Positions 38,540-48,515 of a stretch of 64,000 nt of DNA are shown piece by piece. The notes below the pieces were generated by a model that saw only the letters and a list, made by a program, of their open reading frames with translations, ran no database searches and was not told the origin of the DNA. The translations under genes and the position numbers were made by a program. Source of the DNA: Selaginella moellendorffii (taxonomy: Eukaryota > Plantae > Lycopodiophyta); contig NW_003314322.1 in assembly GCF_000143415.4 (NCBI RefSeq), positions 942,067-1,006,066 of the forward strand. The letters are read 5' to 3'. Position 1 is the stretch's first letter. Every line of letters begins with the position of its first letter.

Positions 38540-38751
38540 TTGAGTTTAAAGGAAAGGGGGTTACGCACCCAACCATTAAATCTTGCAGTCACGTATATAC
38601 TTTGTAGTTTTGATTGAATTTCATTGTACTCCATGAATTACCCTTAAATTAAACTAATGCTATAAACTAAATACATTAAATTTTAAATTAGGTTAAAATC
38701 TTCTAATGTAAAAGGCGTAATTTAAAGGACTCCCCCAAGATATCAATAGGA

Positions 38752-39639
38752 TCACTGGTTGAGCGGGATAACAACAATGGAGATATTGTCTCTACTCAAC
38801 TCGCTCGCCTTTCTAACAGCTTGATTCGCCACTGCCTGGCCCAATTCGGATGTTGTTGGATCAACCATCGCGGCTATGTCGCAAACCTCTTGCTCGCTCA
38901 TCCCTTCGTAGAGCCCATCCGAGGCCAACACGATAAACCCATCTTTGTTGGTGTTCGTCCACACCGACACGTCCGGGGTGGCAATCACGCCGTGGTTCTT
39001 GAGCGGAAGGTCCCCGATGGCGCGCGACATTGGAAAGTGGCCATCGATCACGCCGAAGCGTACCACGCCGCCCGCGGCCTCTATCCGGTGCTGCTCCGCG
39101 GGTAACTCCGGGTGGTGGTCGCTCGTTAGCACCTTGGCAACCAGCTTCTCGCCACCGTCGCGGACGCACGCGATCGCCCTCGAGTCGCCAACGTTGGCCA
39201 CGACCATGAACTCGTCCGTCACTACTGCTACGCACGCGGTGGATCCCGCTGGCCACCGGTTCTTGTAGGCTTCCTTGAGAAACGAGCTCTCCAGCTCCGC
39301 GATGGTCTTCTCCAGAGCCGCCTTGACAACTCCAGCGATTTTACTGCTAGAGGCATCCAGTGATCCCTGAAGGTTTGCGCGGAGCTTGGGCTCGAAGTTC
39401 TGGACGAGGAACTCGCTGGCCTGGGAGCCTATGTGGCCGTCGAAGACGGCGAAAACTCCCAGCCGGGTATCACCATGATCGGCGAGCAAGTTGGAGAGCG
39501 CTATTAGCCGATCTTCCTGGTATCTCCGGCGCCCTTGAATGCTCAGATGCCCACTGGACCACCCTGTTGATACTTCCACTGCTACAACACTACTCACCGC
39601 CAGCGCCAAGAGCGCCAAGAGCGCCAAGAGCTTCTTCAT
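38752..39639 (-). CDS. Intronless PP2C phosphatase with N-terminal signal peptide (copy 1, catalytic motifs intact)
   Basis: MKKLLALLALLALAVSSVVA; QGRRRYQEDR; VFDGH; GSTA; NVGDSRA; DHHP; SRAIGD; ASDGL; DNIS. Confidence 0.92.
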   Translation of the reverse strand: MKKLLALLALLALAVSSVVAVEVSTGWSSGHLSIQGRRRYQEDRLIALSNLLADHGDTRLGVFAVFDGHIGSQASEFLVQNFEPKLRANLQGSLDASSSKIAGVVKAALEKTIAELESSFLKEAYKNRWPAGSTACVAVVTDEFMVVANVGDSRAIACVRDGGEKLVAKVLTSDHHPELPAEQHRIEAAGGVVRFGVIDGHFPMSRAIGDLPLKNHGVIATPDVSVWTNTNKDGFIVLASDGLYEGMSEQEVCDIAAMVDPTTSELGQAVANQAVRKASELSRDNISIVVIPLNQ

Positions 39640-39825
39640 CCTTCCTTACCCTAGAAAAAGGAAGCTCTATATAATCCTTATAAACACCCGGTCACATGTG
39701 ACAAAAGACAACATAGATAAGGCGTGTCTTACCGGCCAGAAACTTGGGGGGCTTCTTGAGCGTCAAGGCGCCGCGCTGCTTCTCTAGTTCGGGTGAGAGA
39801 GATCGCAGGACTGGCACGCGGATCA

Positions 39826-41102
39826 ATGGCTACTTGTAACTGTGGGCTTGTGTGTTTGTTTCTTCTCTTCTCAATTCCCGTTAGCGCTAGCGTCTCTTTG
39901 AGCCTAGTCTCAAGATTTAACGCTTCTGCCAATGCCGGTGAAGCAAGTCAAGCGAGAGCAATTTTCCTCCTCTCCTCACTAGTTGATTCTTCTTTCTCTT
40001 CCTTGATCTCCGCTCAGAAGCTCAACTACGTAGCAAGTGAGTACCTTGTTGAGGTAGCGTTCGGATCCAGCAAGTCAAGCAAGAAGCTGATTTTCGACAC
40101 AGGAAGCACGTATATATGGACAAAGTGCTCCAGAAGCAACTTAGGATATCCACACGGCTCAAACACATTCAAGCCACTCAGTTGCGGCACCGACTGCCCA
40201 CTGCAATTTTGTAACATGGACAATGGTGGCTGTTTGTTCCAAGTTACATACCTCTCCAGTTACGTCATAGGTAAACTCGCTAGCTTTTATTAACACACAG
40301 TGCACAGTGCATTGAAATAGCATATGCAGGAGAAGGTGTACAAGACACCATGGAACTCGGGGATCTAACTCGAAGAATACGCTTTGGTTGTGGATATGCG
40401 TGGGGAATCAGTCACGAGTACGATGGAGTGTGTGGATTTGCAATGTCAAGACCATCGGTACCATCACAGCTTCAACCTTTAGCTAAGCAGCTTGGTATCA
40501 CTCGGTTTGCTACATGCTTCTACAAATCCGTGAGGGGCTCTCTCTTTCTCAACCACGATGCTGATAATGCCATGGTGAAACTGTCGAGCTACTCAGTGCC
40601 ACTGCTCAGGCTGCCGGGATCCTTCCCTGGGCCTCTTCCTTACTCGGTTGAAATCACAGGAATCGGTGTTGGTGGCCGGCTCACCTTCCAAACATCCCTA
40701 GGGAGTTTCATCATCTTCGACACAGGAGCTCGCTACACTGTTTTGGTTGAGGCTTTATTTGAGAAGGTAAAGGATTCTTTAGATGCAGCTCTTTCTACAA
40801 GTTATGATCGTGTCGAACAGCCCCATGACCAGATCTGCTATGTTTCTAAAGGTCAATCCTTCCCATTTCCTTCCCTTGATTTTCACTTGAAAACAGTCAC
40901 CATCTCACTCGCTCCAATTAACTATATGATGAGTGGCACCAACGGGGACCGAACTCACTGCCTTGCAATACGAAAGATCAGCGGCCTCTACGGAAATGCA
41001 GTTGGTATTTTTGGAAGTTACATGCAGCACAACATTCTCTTATACCACGACCTTGAGAAACAAGAGCTCTCGTTCGCGGCAGTGGATTGCTCTAAATTTT
41101 AG
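39826..41102 (+). CDS. Secreted A1-family aspartic protease (nepenthesin/xylanase-inhibitor fold)
   Basis: Signal peptide, two catalytic motifs (IFDTGS, IFDTGA), IFGSYMQHN...YHDLE....F...C. An intron at 40271-40329 joins the two ORFs in frame; a further in-frame intron may lie near 39940-40017. Confidence 0.9.
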
Positions 41103-41164
41103 TTAAGCTTCATTTATAAAGTCAATGTAATCGCTTGAAAACTATTGTCTTCAAGCTCCAATAA

Positions 41165-41405
41165 AGAGTGCTTCCCAGCTTCCTTTTCTACGGGCACAGA
41201 AAAAAGAAAACGTCAAACAAAGAAGAACACAGAGCCGACAGCATACTTTGACGGAGTCGATGTAGGTCCTGAGCTCCACTGCGTTCCCTTCCGACTCAGT
41301 AGGTGCAAGGAAAGGCTCGGTGGCGATCAGAGTAAGCTCGACTGCAAGCAAGACAGCAGCCTACTGCAGTCACGAGGGCTTGCCACAAGATTGGTGCTGG
41401 AAAAG
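41165..41405 (-). pseudogene. RAD9 exon fragment (third partial copy)
   Basis: TLIATEPFLAPTESEGNAVELRTYIDSVK is near-identical to RAD9 at about 31490-31580. Confidence 0.85.
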
Positions 41406-41489
41406 AAACAATGGAACTTTTTGCCATACCGCTCCCCGGAACACTCCGCAAGAATAACGCAGCAGCAAGGAGGCTGCTCAGGACAATAG

Positions 41490-43046
41490 AAGCATTGATT
41501 TGCTTGTCGGCATCATGTTCTCGAACTTGAGTGCACCTGGTGACTTGAAATGCCTGTTTAGACGAAACCAAAACTCGATACACGTTATTGAATTGTAACT
41601 GCGGAAAGCGGGTTGACAAGAACATACCAACAACCTCGCTTCATCCCCGGAGATGTTGCTTGAGCGCAAAACCCATCCACATTGCTTTCCTCGTTTGTAT
41701 CGGCAGCAATCCAGTTGCTCAAATATTTTCCAAACAGCTGTTGTGCACTACGCTCATCTGCATTGACAAATTAGCAGCTTAGCCTGAAACAACGAACACT
41801 GAAAAGCCTTCACCATTGGGCTGCACGACGTCGTCCTCTGTACCATTCCGGGATCCTTAGAGAAAAATGAAATACGTGAGGAACAAAAGCGGTTGATTCA
41901 TCGTAAAAACAAACTCATGTTGGTGGAACGGAAGCTCCTCGGTATATTTTACGAGGCTGTTGTTAGCAGAATCACTGGCTTGCGTCAAAATCGGCATTTG
42001 CGGCATCATCAACACTGAACTTTGGAGCAAGAAGAATTGGGCTGCAGGCAGGACGTGGATTTTGCAACTATAAAACATTAAGACAATGAAAGTAGTACCT
42101 TCCAGCTTTGTCGAAGAAAAGCTGCATATCAGCCTCCGAAACCTTGGCAAAAATTTATGCATGTAAAGGCCATCTAGATGTTAGGATTTCCTCTTGAGAT
42201 AAGTGAAGCACCTTGAGCTCCTTGACGCCGAACGTAACGTCAACTACGACTACAGTATGGAGATAGTATCGCAATTCTTCGGCGGGAGCAATCTGAGTGC
42301 GATAAAAAGGAAACGTCAAAGAAAGAAAAAGGATCTAGAGCCGAGCGAGCAGCAACATACCTTTGACGCGGTCGATGTAGCTCCTGATCTCCACTGCCTT
42401 GCCTTCGGACTCAGTAGGCGCAAGGAAAAGCTCGGTAGGGATCAGTAAGCTCGACTCCAAATTAGCTGAAGTCACGAGGCCTTGCCACCAGGGTGCTGGG
42501 AAAAGAGTATCGACACATGCTGCATTTCTGTGTCATTGTTGCAAGACGTTTCCTTAAAAGCTAGCGACAGAAGCTACGAGTCAAATCCAAGACGAACAAA
42601 TCCGCAATTACATACCATTCAAGCAGTCGATCGGAGGCATTGCTGTCCGACAGTGTGCTTGGTTGCGTCCGCAAGACAGTGCACACGGCCTTAAAAGACG
42701 ACATTAGCATCCGAGAAAGGAAAAAAACGGACAAGGCTCATACTTCCAGACGTACGCTGCACTGAGCGCTCGAGGAAGAGAGCTGCCTATCAAGGATGGA
42801 ATGTGATCGCAACGAACGCCGAGCGCGCCGAGGGGCACCTAGCAAAGAAAAAGAAATAGAGATTTTCTCTCACCTTGTCCAGCAGCGCCTCTAGAAGCCG
42901 ACGCGGGCCAGGCACGCGATGCAAGCCCCTGAAGGCATTGCGGCCAAGTGTACACTCCATTCTAGAGCAAAAAGGTGGTCTTGTATTCTTCTAATCGCAC
43001 TTTCGAGCATGCAAGAGTCCCACGCGGGCATCTTGCGCTTCCTAAG
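41490..43046 (-). pseudogene. Inverted, intron-retaining RAD9 pseudogene
   Basis: Reverse-complement similarity to 30740-32850 from the 5' flank through the 3' UTR (ATG at 42960, stop equivalent near 41641), with many small deletions and frameshifts. Confidence 0.9.
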
Positions 43047-43071
43047 TCTAGCCGATGTGATCATTGGAACC

Positions 43072-44631
43072 TCAACCTCCAGTAAAGTAAGCATGGTTGA
43101 GAGCTTGCATCGCTGTGATCCTATCCTCCTGAAACAGATTCAAACATCAGTAAGCGTGAAAAGTTTTAGTTTTCTTCCTACCGGGGACCATCGGAGGAGG
43201 CTCTGCACAAGCTCGAGCGCAAGCTTATTGGGGAAGCCGTGTGACAGAGCCGACTGATTCACGCATCGCGCAGTTTGCAGCGCCTAAGGAAGAAGAGAAA
43301 CAAGTAAACAAAAACGAAAACATCCAGTCAAGCCTCAAAGGTTTACCATTGTCTCCAGGAGCTCTCCAGCCAAGATCTTGTCCGGAGGGAAGACACAAAA
43401 GTTCGACAGCCCCAGCAAATAGGCCACGGAACGCGGTGGCATCCCGTAGTCAATTTGCCATGCCATTTGCATTTGCAGTGTCGTGGGAAGTATCGCTGAC
43501 CGGTTTCCCATGAAAACCTCTAGAAGCGTAACCCCGACCATCCACATGTCAAACCTGCAATTGGCATTTCAGTTTGATACCAAAATAAGAAAAAAACACT
43601 TACGCTTCCCCTTCATGGAGGTAAAACCTGTAGTCGTCGATGAATCGAGCCTCCGGTGCTGTGTAGCGCATGTCACTTTCACCATTCCTGTATAAAGAAT
43701 TTTCATCAATGAATTCTTGAGAACTACCTATACCTGAGAGGACCAATGCCTCTGTACAACGTTTTGCTGCTGGTCTGGTCGATTGCACTCCCAAGGTCGA
43801 TAATTCGAGTGTGTCCTCCTGCCACTAGTATGTTGTCTGGCTTGATGTCTCGATGGTAAATTCCACGCTCGTGGAGGGATGCAACACCTAGCAACTGCAA
43901 CAGCACAAGAAAACAAACACAAAGTGAGTCACACAACAAAAAAAAATAGAAGTAGAAAAGATTTAAAGCTAACCAGTTGAGTAACAAAGCTCCTCTTCTT
44001 GATGCTCCTCGTTTTCAACAACGATGTAGCAGTTTTTCCCTCATGGAAGAAGACCATGTAGATTTCATTGCCTTCTTGGAAAGCCTCCACGAACCTGTGA
44101 ACGTTTGCTAGAAATTTTCAAAGCAAAAGAAAAGACAAACCTCCCAACGTGGTCGAGAGAAGTATTGTAGCACGGGGGATCATACAATCCACAAGTCTCC
44201 GTCATCACCCAAGACTTCCGAAGTGATTGACCACATTGCAATTGTTCGCTCCTCAATCTAGAACCAAAATAAATCTCCCGATAAGCTGAAGCCAGTCGCA
44301 CCTCGTCCAACATCTAGAAGAAAAAAAAAAAAAACAAAGAAAGAATAAGTTGAAATTTTGACTTGCACCAATCCCTACTTACCATCACAACTTTGGCAAC
44401 ATAAGCCTGGGAGTCATTAGGATACCTTGCATTGTACACACGACCAAAGGCTCCTCTCCCAATCTCTCCCCCTACAATTTCCACGTCGAGGAAGAAGCTA
44501 CCCCACTCAGCCGCAAGGTTGACTTCATCGTCCATCTCTAGGCATCGATCCTCACCATGGCACACCACCTTCTTGGGCTCTGAAGCCGCGGGAAAGATCG
44601 CTAGGATCAGGAAAGCCAAGAGCAACAGCAT
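43072..44631 (-). CDS. Signal-peptide Ser/Thr protein kinase, 8 exons, catalytic motifs intact
   Basis: MLLLLAFLILAIFPAASE; GRGAFG; VAK; REIYFG; HRDIKPDN; IIDLGSA; YTAPE; FDMWMVG; GFPN.LAL.LV..LL.W.P; EDRIT..QAL.H.YF. All seven GT-AG introns are phase-compatible when spliced by hand. Confidence 0.88.
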
Positions 44632-44640
44632 GGCTGCAAA

Positions 44641-44987
44641 GTAACAATAAATGAGCCAATGCATCGCAAGTAACAATAAATGAGCCGATGCATCGCAAGT
44701 AACAATAAATGAGCCGATGCATCGCAAGAAAGAAGCTTTAAGATACCTCCCACACGCATTGCTTTGCTGCCGATGTTGATCTCCCGCACCATCGCGCGCC
44801 GCTAGCGCGCCGATCTGTAAGAAGCTCTGGATGTAAGGGAGAGTAGCTAGCAGCAAGAACAAAAAGAAGGAACCTTGCCGCGCTCGCCAATGTCGATCTC
44901 CCGCGCGCCGATCTATAAGAAGCTCTGGATGTAAGAGACAGTAGCTAGCAGCAAGAAAGAAAAGCAGGAACCTGGTGGCGCTCGCCT
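44641..44987. repeat. Tandem repeats upstream of the kinase: three 29-bp units plus two ~100-bp units
   Basis: GTAACAATAAATGAGCCGATGCATCGCAA x3 at 44641-44728; duplicated GATCT.TAAGAAGCTCTGGATGTAAG...GTAGCTAGCAGCAAGAA at about 44780-44987. Confidence 0.85.
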
Positions 44988-45165
44988 CGCGCTTTAGCCC
45001 CAAATAAACCCTTGTTACAAGTGCTAGATTCTCTGTCCTAAATATTTCTTGTCCGATCAAAATCGCTTACATGGTTCGTATGCTTCTTCCCGGGGCCCTT
45101 AAAAAAGTAACCTCGACTTCTATTAATTATAAAATTAACTAAGACATGTGAGTAATTAGACTAAA

Positions 45166-46056
45166 CTAAGTGGGGATAACAACAATGGAGATATTGTCTC
45201 TATAGCTCTCCTTTCTAGCAGCTTGAGCCTTTCTGGCAGCTTGATCGGCCACTGCCTGGCCCAACTCTGGTGTTTCTGGATCGACCGTCGCGGCTATGTC
45301 GCAAACCTCTTGCTCGCTTATCCCATCGTAGAGCCCATGCGAAGCCACCACGATAAACCCATCCATGGCGTTCCTCCACACCGTGACATCCGGGGTGCCA
45401 ATCACGCCGTAGTACCTCTTGAGCAGGAGGTCCCCGATGGAGCGGGACATTGGAAACCAGCCCTCGATCACGCCAGAGCGTACCTCGCTCCCCGCGGCCT
45501 CTAACCGCTGCCTCTCCATGGGCAACTCCGGGTGGTGGTCGCTCGTTAGCGCCTTGGCAACCAGCTTCTTGCCACCGTCGCGGACGCACGCGATCGCCCT
45601 CGAGTCGCCGACGTTGGCCATGACCATGAACTCGTCCGTCACCACCGCAACGCACGCGGTGGATCCCGCGTCCCACCACCGCTTCTCGTAGGCTTCCTTG
45701 AGAAACGACGTCTCCAGCTCCGCGATGGTCTTCTCCAGAGCCGCCTTGACAACACTAGCTTCGATTGAGGCATCCAGTGACCCCTGGAGGTTTGCGCGGA
45801 GCCTGGGCTCGAAGTTCTGGACGAGGAACTCGCTGGCCTGTGAGTCTGTGTGTCCGTCGAAGATGGCGAAAACACCCAGCCGGGTATCACCATCATCGAT
45901 GAGCAAGTTGGAGAGCGCTAGTACCCGATCTTCCTGGTGTCTCCGGCGCCCTTGAATGCTCAGATGCCCACTCGACCACCCTGTTGATACTTCCACTGCT
46001 ACAACACTACTCACCGCCAGCGCCAAGAGCGCCAGGAGCGCCAAGAGCTTCTTCAT
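45166..46056 (-). CDS. Intronless signal-peptide PP2C (copy 2, DG to HG substitution)
   Basis: Close paralog of 38752-39639 with the same signal peptide; ASHGLYD replaces ASDGLYE. The real start is probably the ATG at 46056. Confidence 0.9.
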   Translation of the reverse strand: MKKLLALLALLALAVSSVVAVEVSTGWSSGHLSIQGRRRHQEDRVLALSNLLIDDGDTRLGVFAIFDGHTDSQASEFLVQNFEPRLRANLQGSLDASIEASVVKAALEKTIAELETSFLKEAYEKRWWDAGSTACVAVVTDEFMVMANVGDSRAIACVRDGGKKLVAKALTSDHHPELPMERQRLEAAGSEVRSGVIEGWFPMSRSIGDLLLKRYYGVIGTPDVTVWRNAMDGFIVVASHGLYDGISEQEVCDIAATVDPETPELGQAVADQAARKAQAARKESYRDNISIVVIPT

Positions 46057-46117
46057 CTTTACCCTATGACAAAAGGAAGAGCTTTGGTCTCTTTCTATAG
46101 TCTCAAGGAAAAAGGTT

Positions 46118-48284
46118 TCAGCCATGAGCTTCGAAACATCCACACTTGACCTTGATCGTTTCACTGTTTCTCACCACCTCGCCCTGGATTATCCCTCCCA
46201 CGAACTTCCCAATCACCAGCTGAGACACCATCACTACATTCCCAGGATCCTGGAAAAAGAAAAAACAAAAAGAATGGATTAGTTGATCGCCTATACTAGA
46301 AGAGAACTTGGGCGCTTCTTACTTGTGTCCTGTAACTCCGGATCCCCATGAGACCATAGTTCCTGGATCGCGTCCAGTGGTGGTGCTTGAATTTGTAGTC
46401 GTTTCCCAGAACGCCCAGCCGCCCAGCCGCGCGCATGAAATAGTACGCCGGCTTTGGCAGCGGCCGATTGGCGATGGCGCTCGTCGTGAACTGGTTGAAG
46501 AGCACTTGATCCCCGCGAAAGATTTGAGAGTGGCCTCCGCAGTGGACATCACCTGTGGATCTCTGTGAGAAAACCAAACGAACAAGCAAAGAATTTGAGG
46601 AAGACTTCCTACCTCCCAGGACCATGACCTCTCTCCGCCCGCTCTCCTTCCAATTCACCAGCGCTTCGATCATCCTCGTCTGCTCCTTGCGATGTATGTC
46701 CGCCGACCAGTGCCCCCGGAAATCCACGAGCCGCGGCACATTCTTCCCGGCGGCATCGGTGATGTTCGGCTCCAGGAAGACGAGCGGCGCCGGGGAGCAA
46801 ACCAGCAGCACGCGTACATCCTCGAAGAGATCCCCCGGGCGGAGAGCCTGGTCGATGTCGGTCCACTGCGGGCTGCCGAGGTAGGGGAACTCGTCGCCCT
46901 TGACTCGCTGGAACGATCGGCAGCCGCGAACATCCAAGAACATAAGCCCCAGCCCGCCAACTACGTGGAAGTGGTGGTCCTGCACGGACGGCCAGGATTT
47001 GCCGAGTTCTTCCGCAAATCATGGAACCACGTACCTTGGTCAGCTTGTTGAGCTTCCTGAAATCGATGTCGCGGTCCAATTGGCGCTGGTACTCCAGGTA
47101 GGCGATCCACGCGCCGCGCGCGATGAAGAAATCGAGGCATTCCGGGTCCCAGTCGGCCTCGAGGTCGGCCCAATTGTCGCGGATCTCGTGGTCGTCGTAG
47201 ATCATGAGATTGGGGCAATTCGCCAGGCAGCGGGCGGTGGGGGGGTGCCGCCACGTCTCGCGGTACACCTCGCGGTACGCTTCGCGGACTTCCTCCTCTT
47301 TGGTGTGCCACAGATGCCGTGGGACGTCCTTCATGATCTCTTCCTTGCACAGCCGGAATCGATCGGAGCAGCGGTCGACATGGTTTTCCTTGTCCATCAA
47401 TTTATCGCCATCGCCATACACCTGGGAGAAAAGAGAAAGAGAAATTTCTTAAGAACACGACAAGAACTTAAGAACAGGGGAATGGAGGGATCGTTTAATG
47501 GAACAGCAATCTTAGATCCAACCGTGCAATCCTTGAAGGAAAGAAAGGAAATCGAGGACCCAACACAGGAATTCTGGACAAAAGCCGCCGTGAGAATGGA
47601 TCGATCTCTCACCTGGTCGCCGAGATGGAGGACCAAGTCCACGCTCCCAGCCTCGATGTTCTTGGCGAGGTCCGCCCACAGGTCCGAGTGAATGGGGATT
47701 TCCATCTGGGTGATGAAGATCTTGTTGCAGCTCACCACTCCAACATTGACACGATCCCACAGCTCCTCCTTCCTGGGAAACGTGACGAAGCTACTCCTGG
47801 TCACGAGATCAGATTTGCATCCCTCCAGCTCCACCAGGTAGCGGCACCCGGGGCTGAGCTCCAAGAACTCAAACGCCACTGGCCGATTCGCGGGCAACCT
47901 CTTCTCCACCTTCAAGCTCCTCCCCTGCTTGCTCTTCGATTTTCCCGGCAGCGCTGGATCTTGATCCCCTTCCTTGGGAATCGCGCTCGCCTGATCTTGC
48001 GGAGCGGGAGCATCCTTCTTCGCTCTTCGCCGACGCCTCCTGGATTTCTGGAGCAGCTGCCGCGACCGCAACACGTCGGCGGCATCCTCGATCTGGGTGA
48101 GCGAGACCGTGATCCGGGCCTCGCGATCGATTTCCAGCAGGATCCTGGCGCTCGTTGACGTTACCTTGCCAATCACTGGCCCGATCACCACATTGGCGTC
48201 CTCCTGGGATTTCTTCCTCGCATTTCGCTCCTCGCCCAGCAATTTGTTCACTGCCCCGGCGACCTTCTTCCTCCACGCGCTCAT
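46118..48284 (-). CDS. PhoD-like (alkaline phosphatase D) metallophosphatase, 5 exons
   Basis: IGPVIGKVT...ARILLE; VSCN; LHLGDQ|VYGD; MIYDDHEIRDNW; GG|DVH; RNYG. Last exon DPGNVV...AHG*. No signal peptide seen. Confidence 0.85.
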
Positions 48285-48515
48285 GATCACTCCATCCGTA
48301 CCAAGCAAAACCCAGGCCTATATAAACAACGCGTGACGATTCGCGGATATCCCTTGTCTCCGTACATTTGATCCCATTCTTTTCGAACAAGAGAAAACGT
48401 ACAAAAACTTCGTCGTCGTCTTCGGAAGGAAAGACACTAAGAGAAAAACATAGGAAGGAAAAAAAGAATATTCTTTACTTCTGCCTGTTGATTCCTTGCT
48501 TTCGTGATATTCCGT

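Noticed and set aside
46057-46164. N-terminal extension of PP2C copy 2 in the ORF track
   Set aside because: It starts at a non-ATG codon and overlaps the last PhoD exon; the paralog starts at MKKLL.
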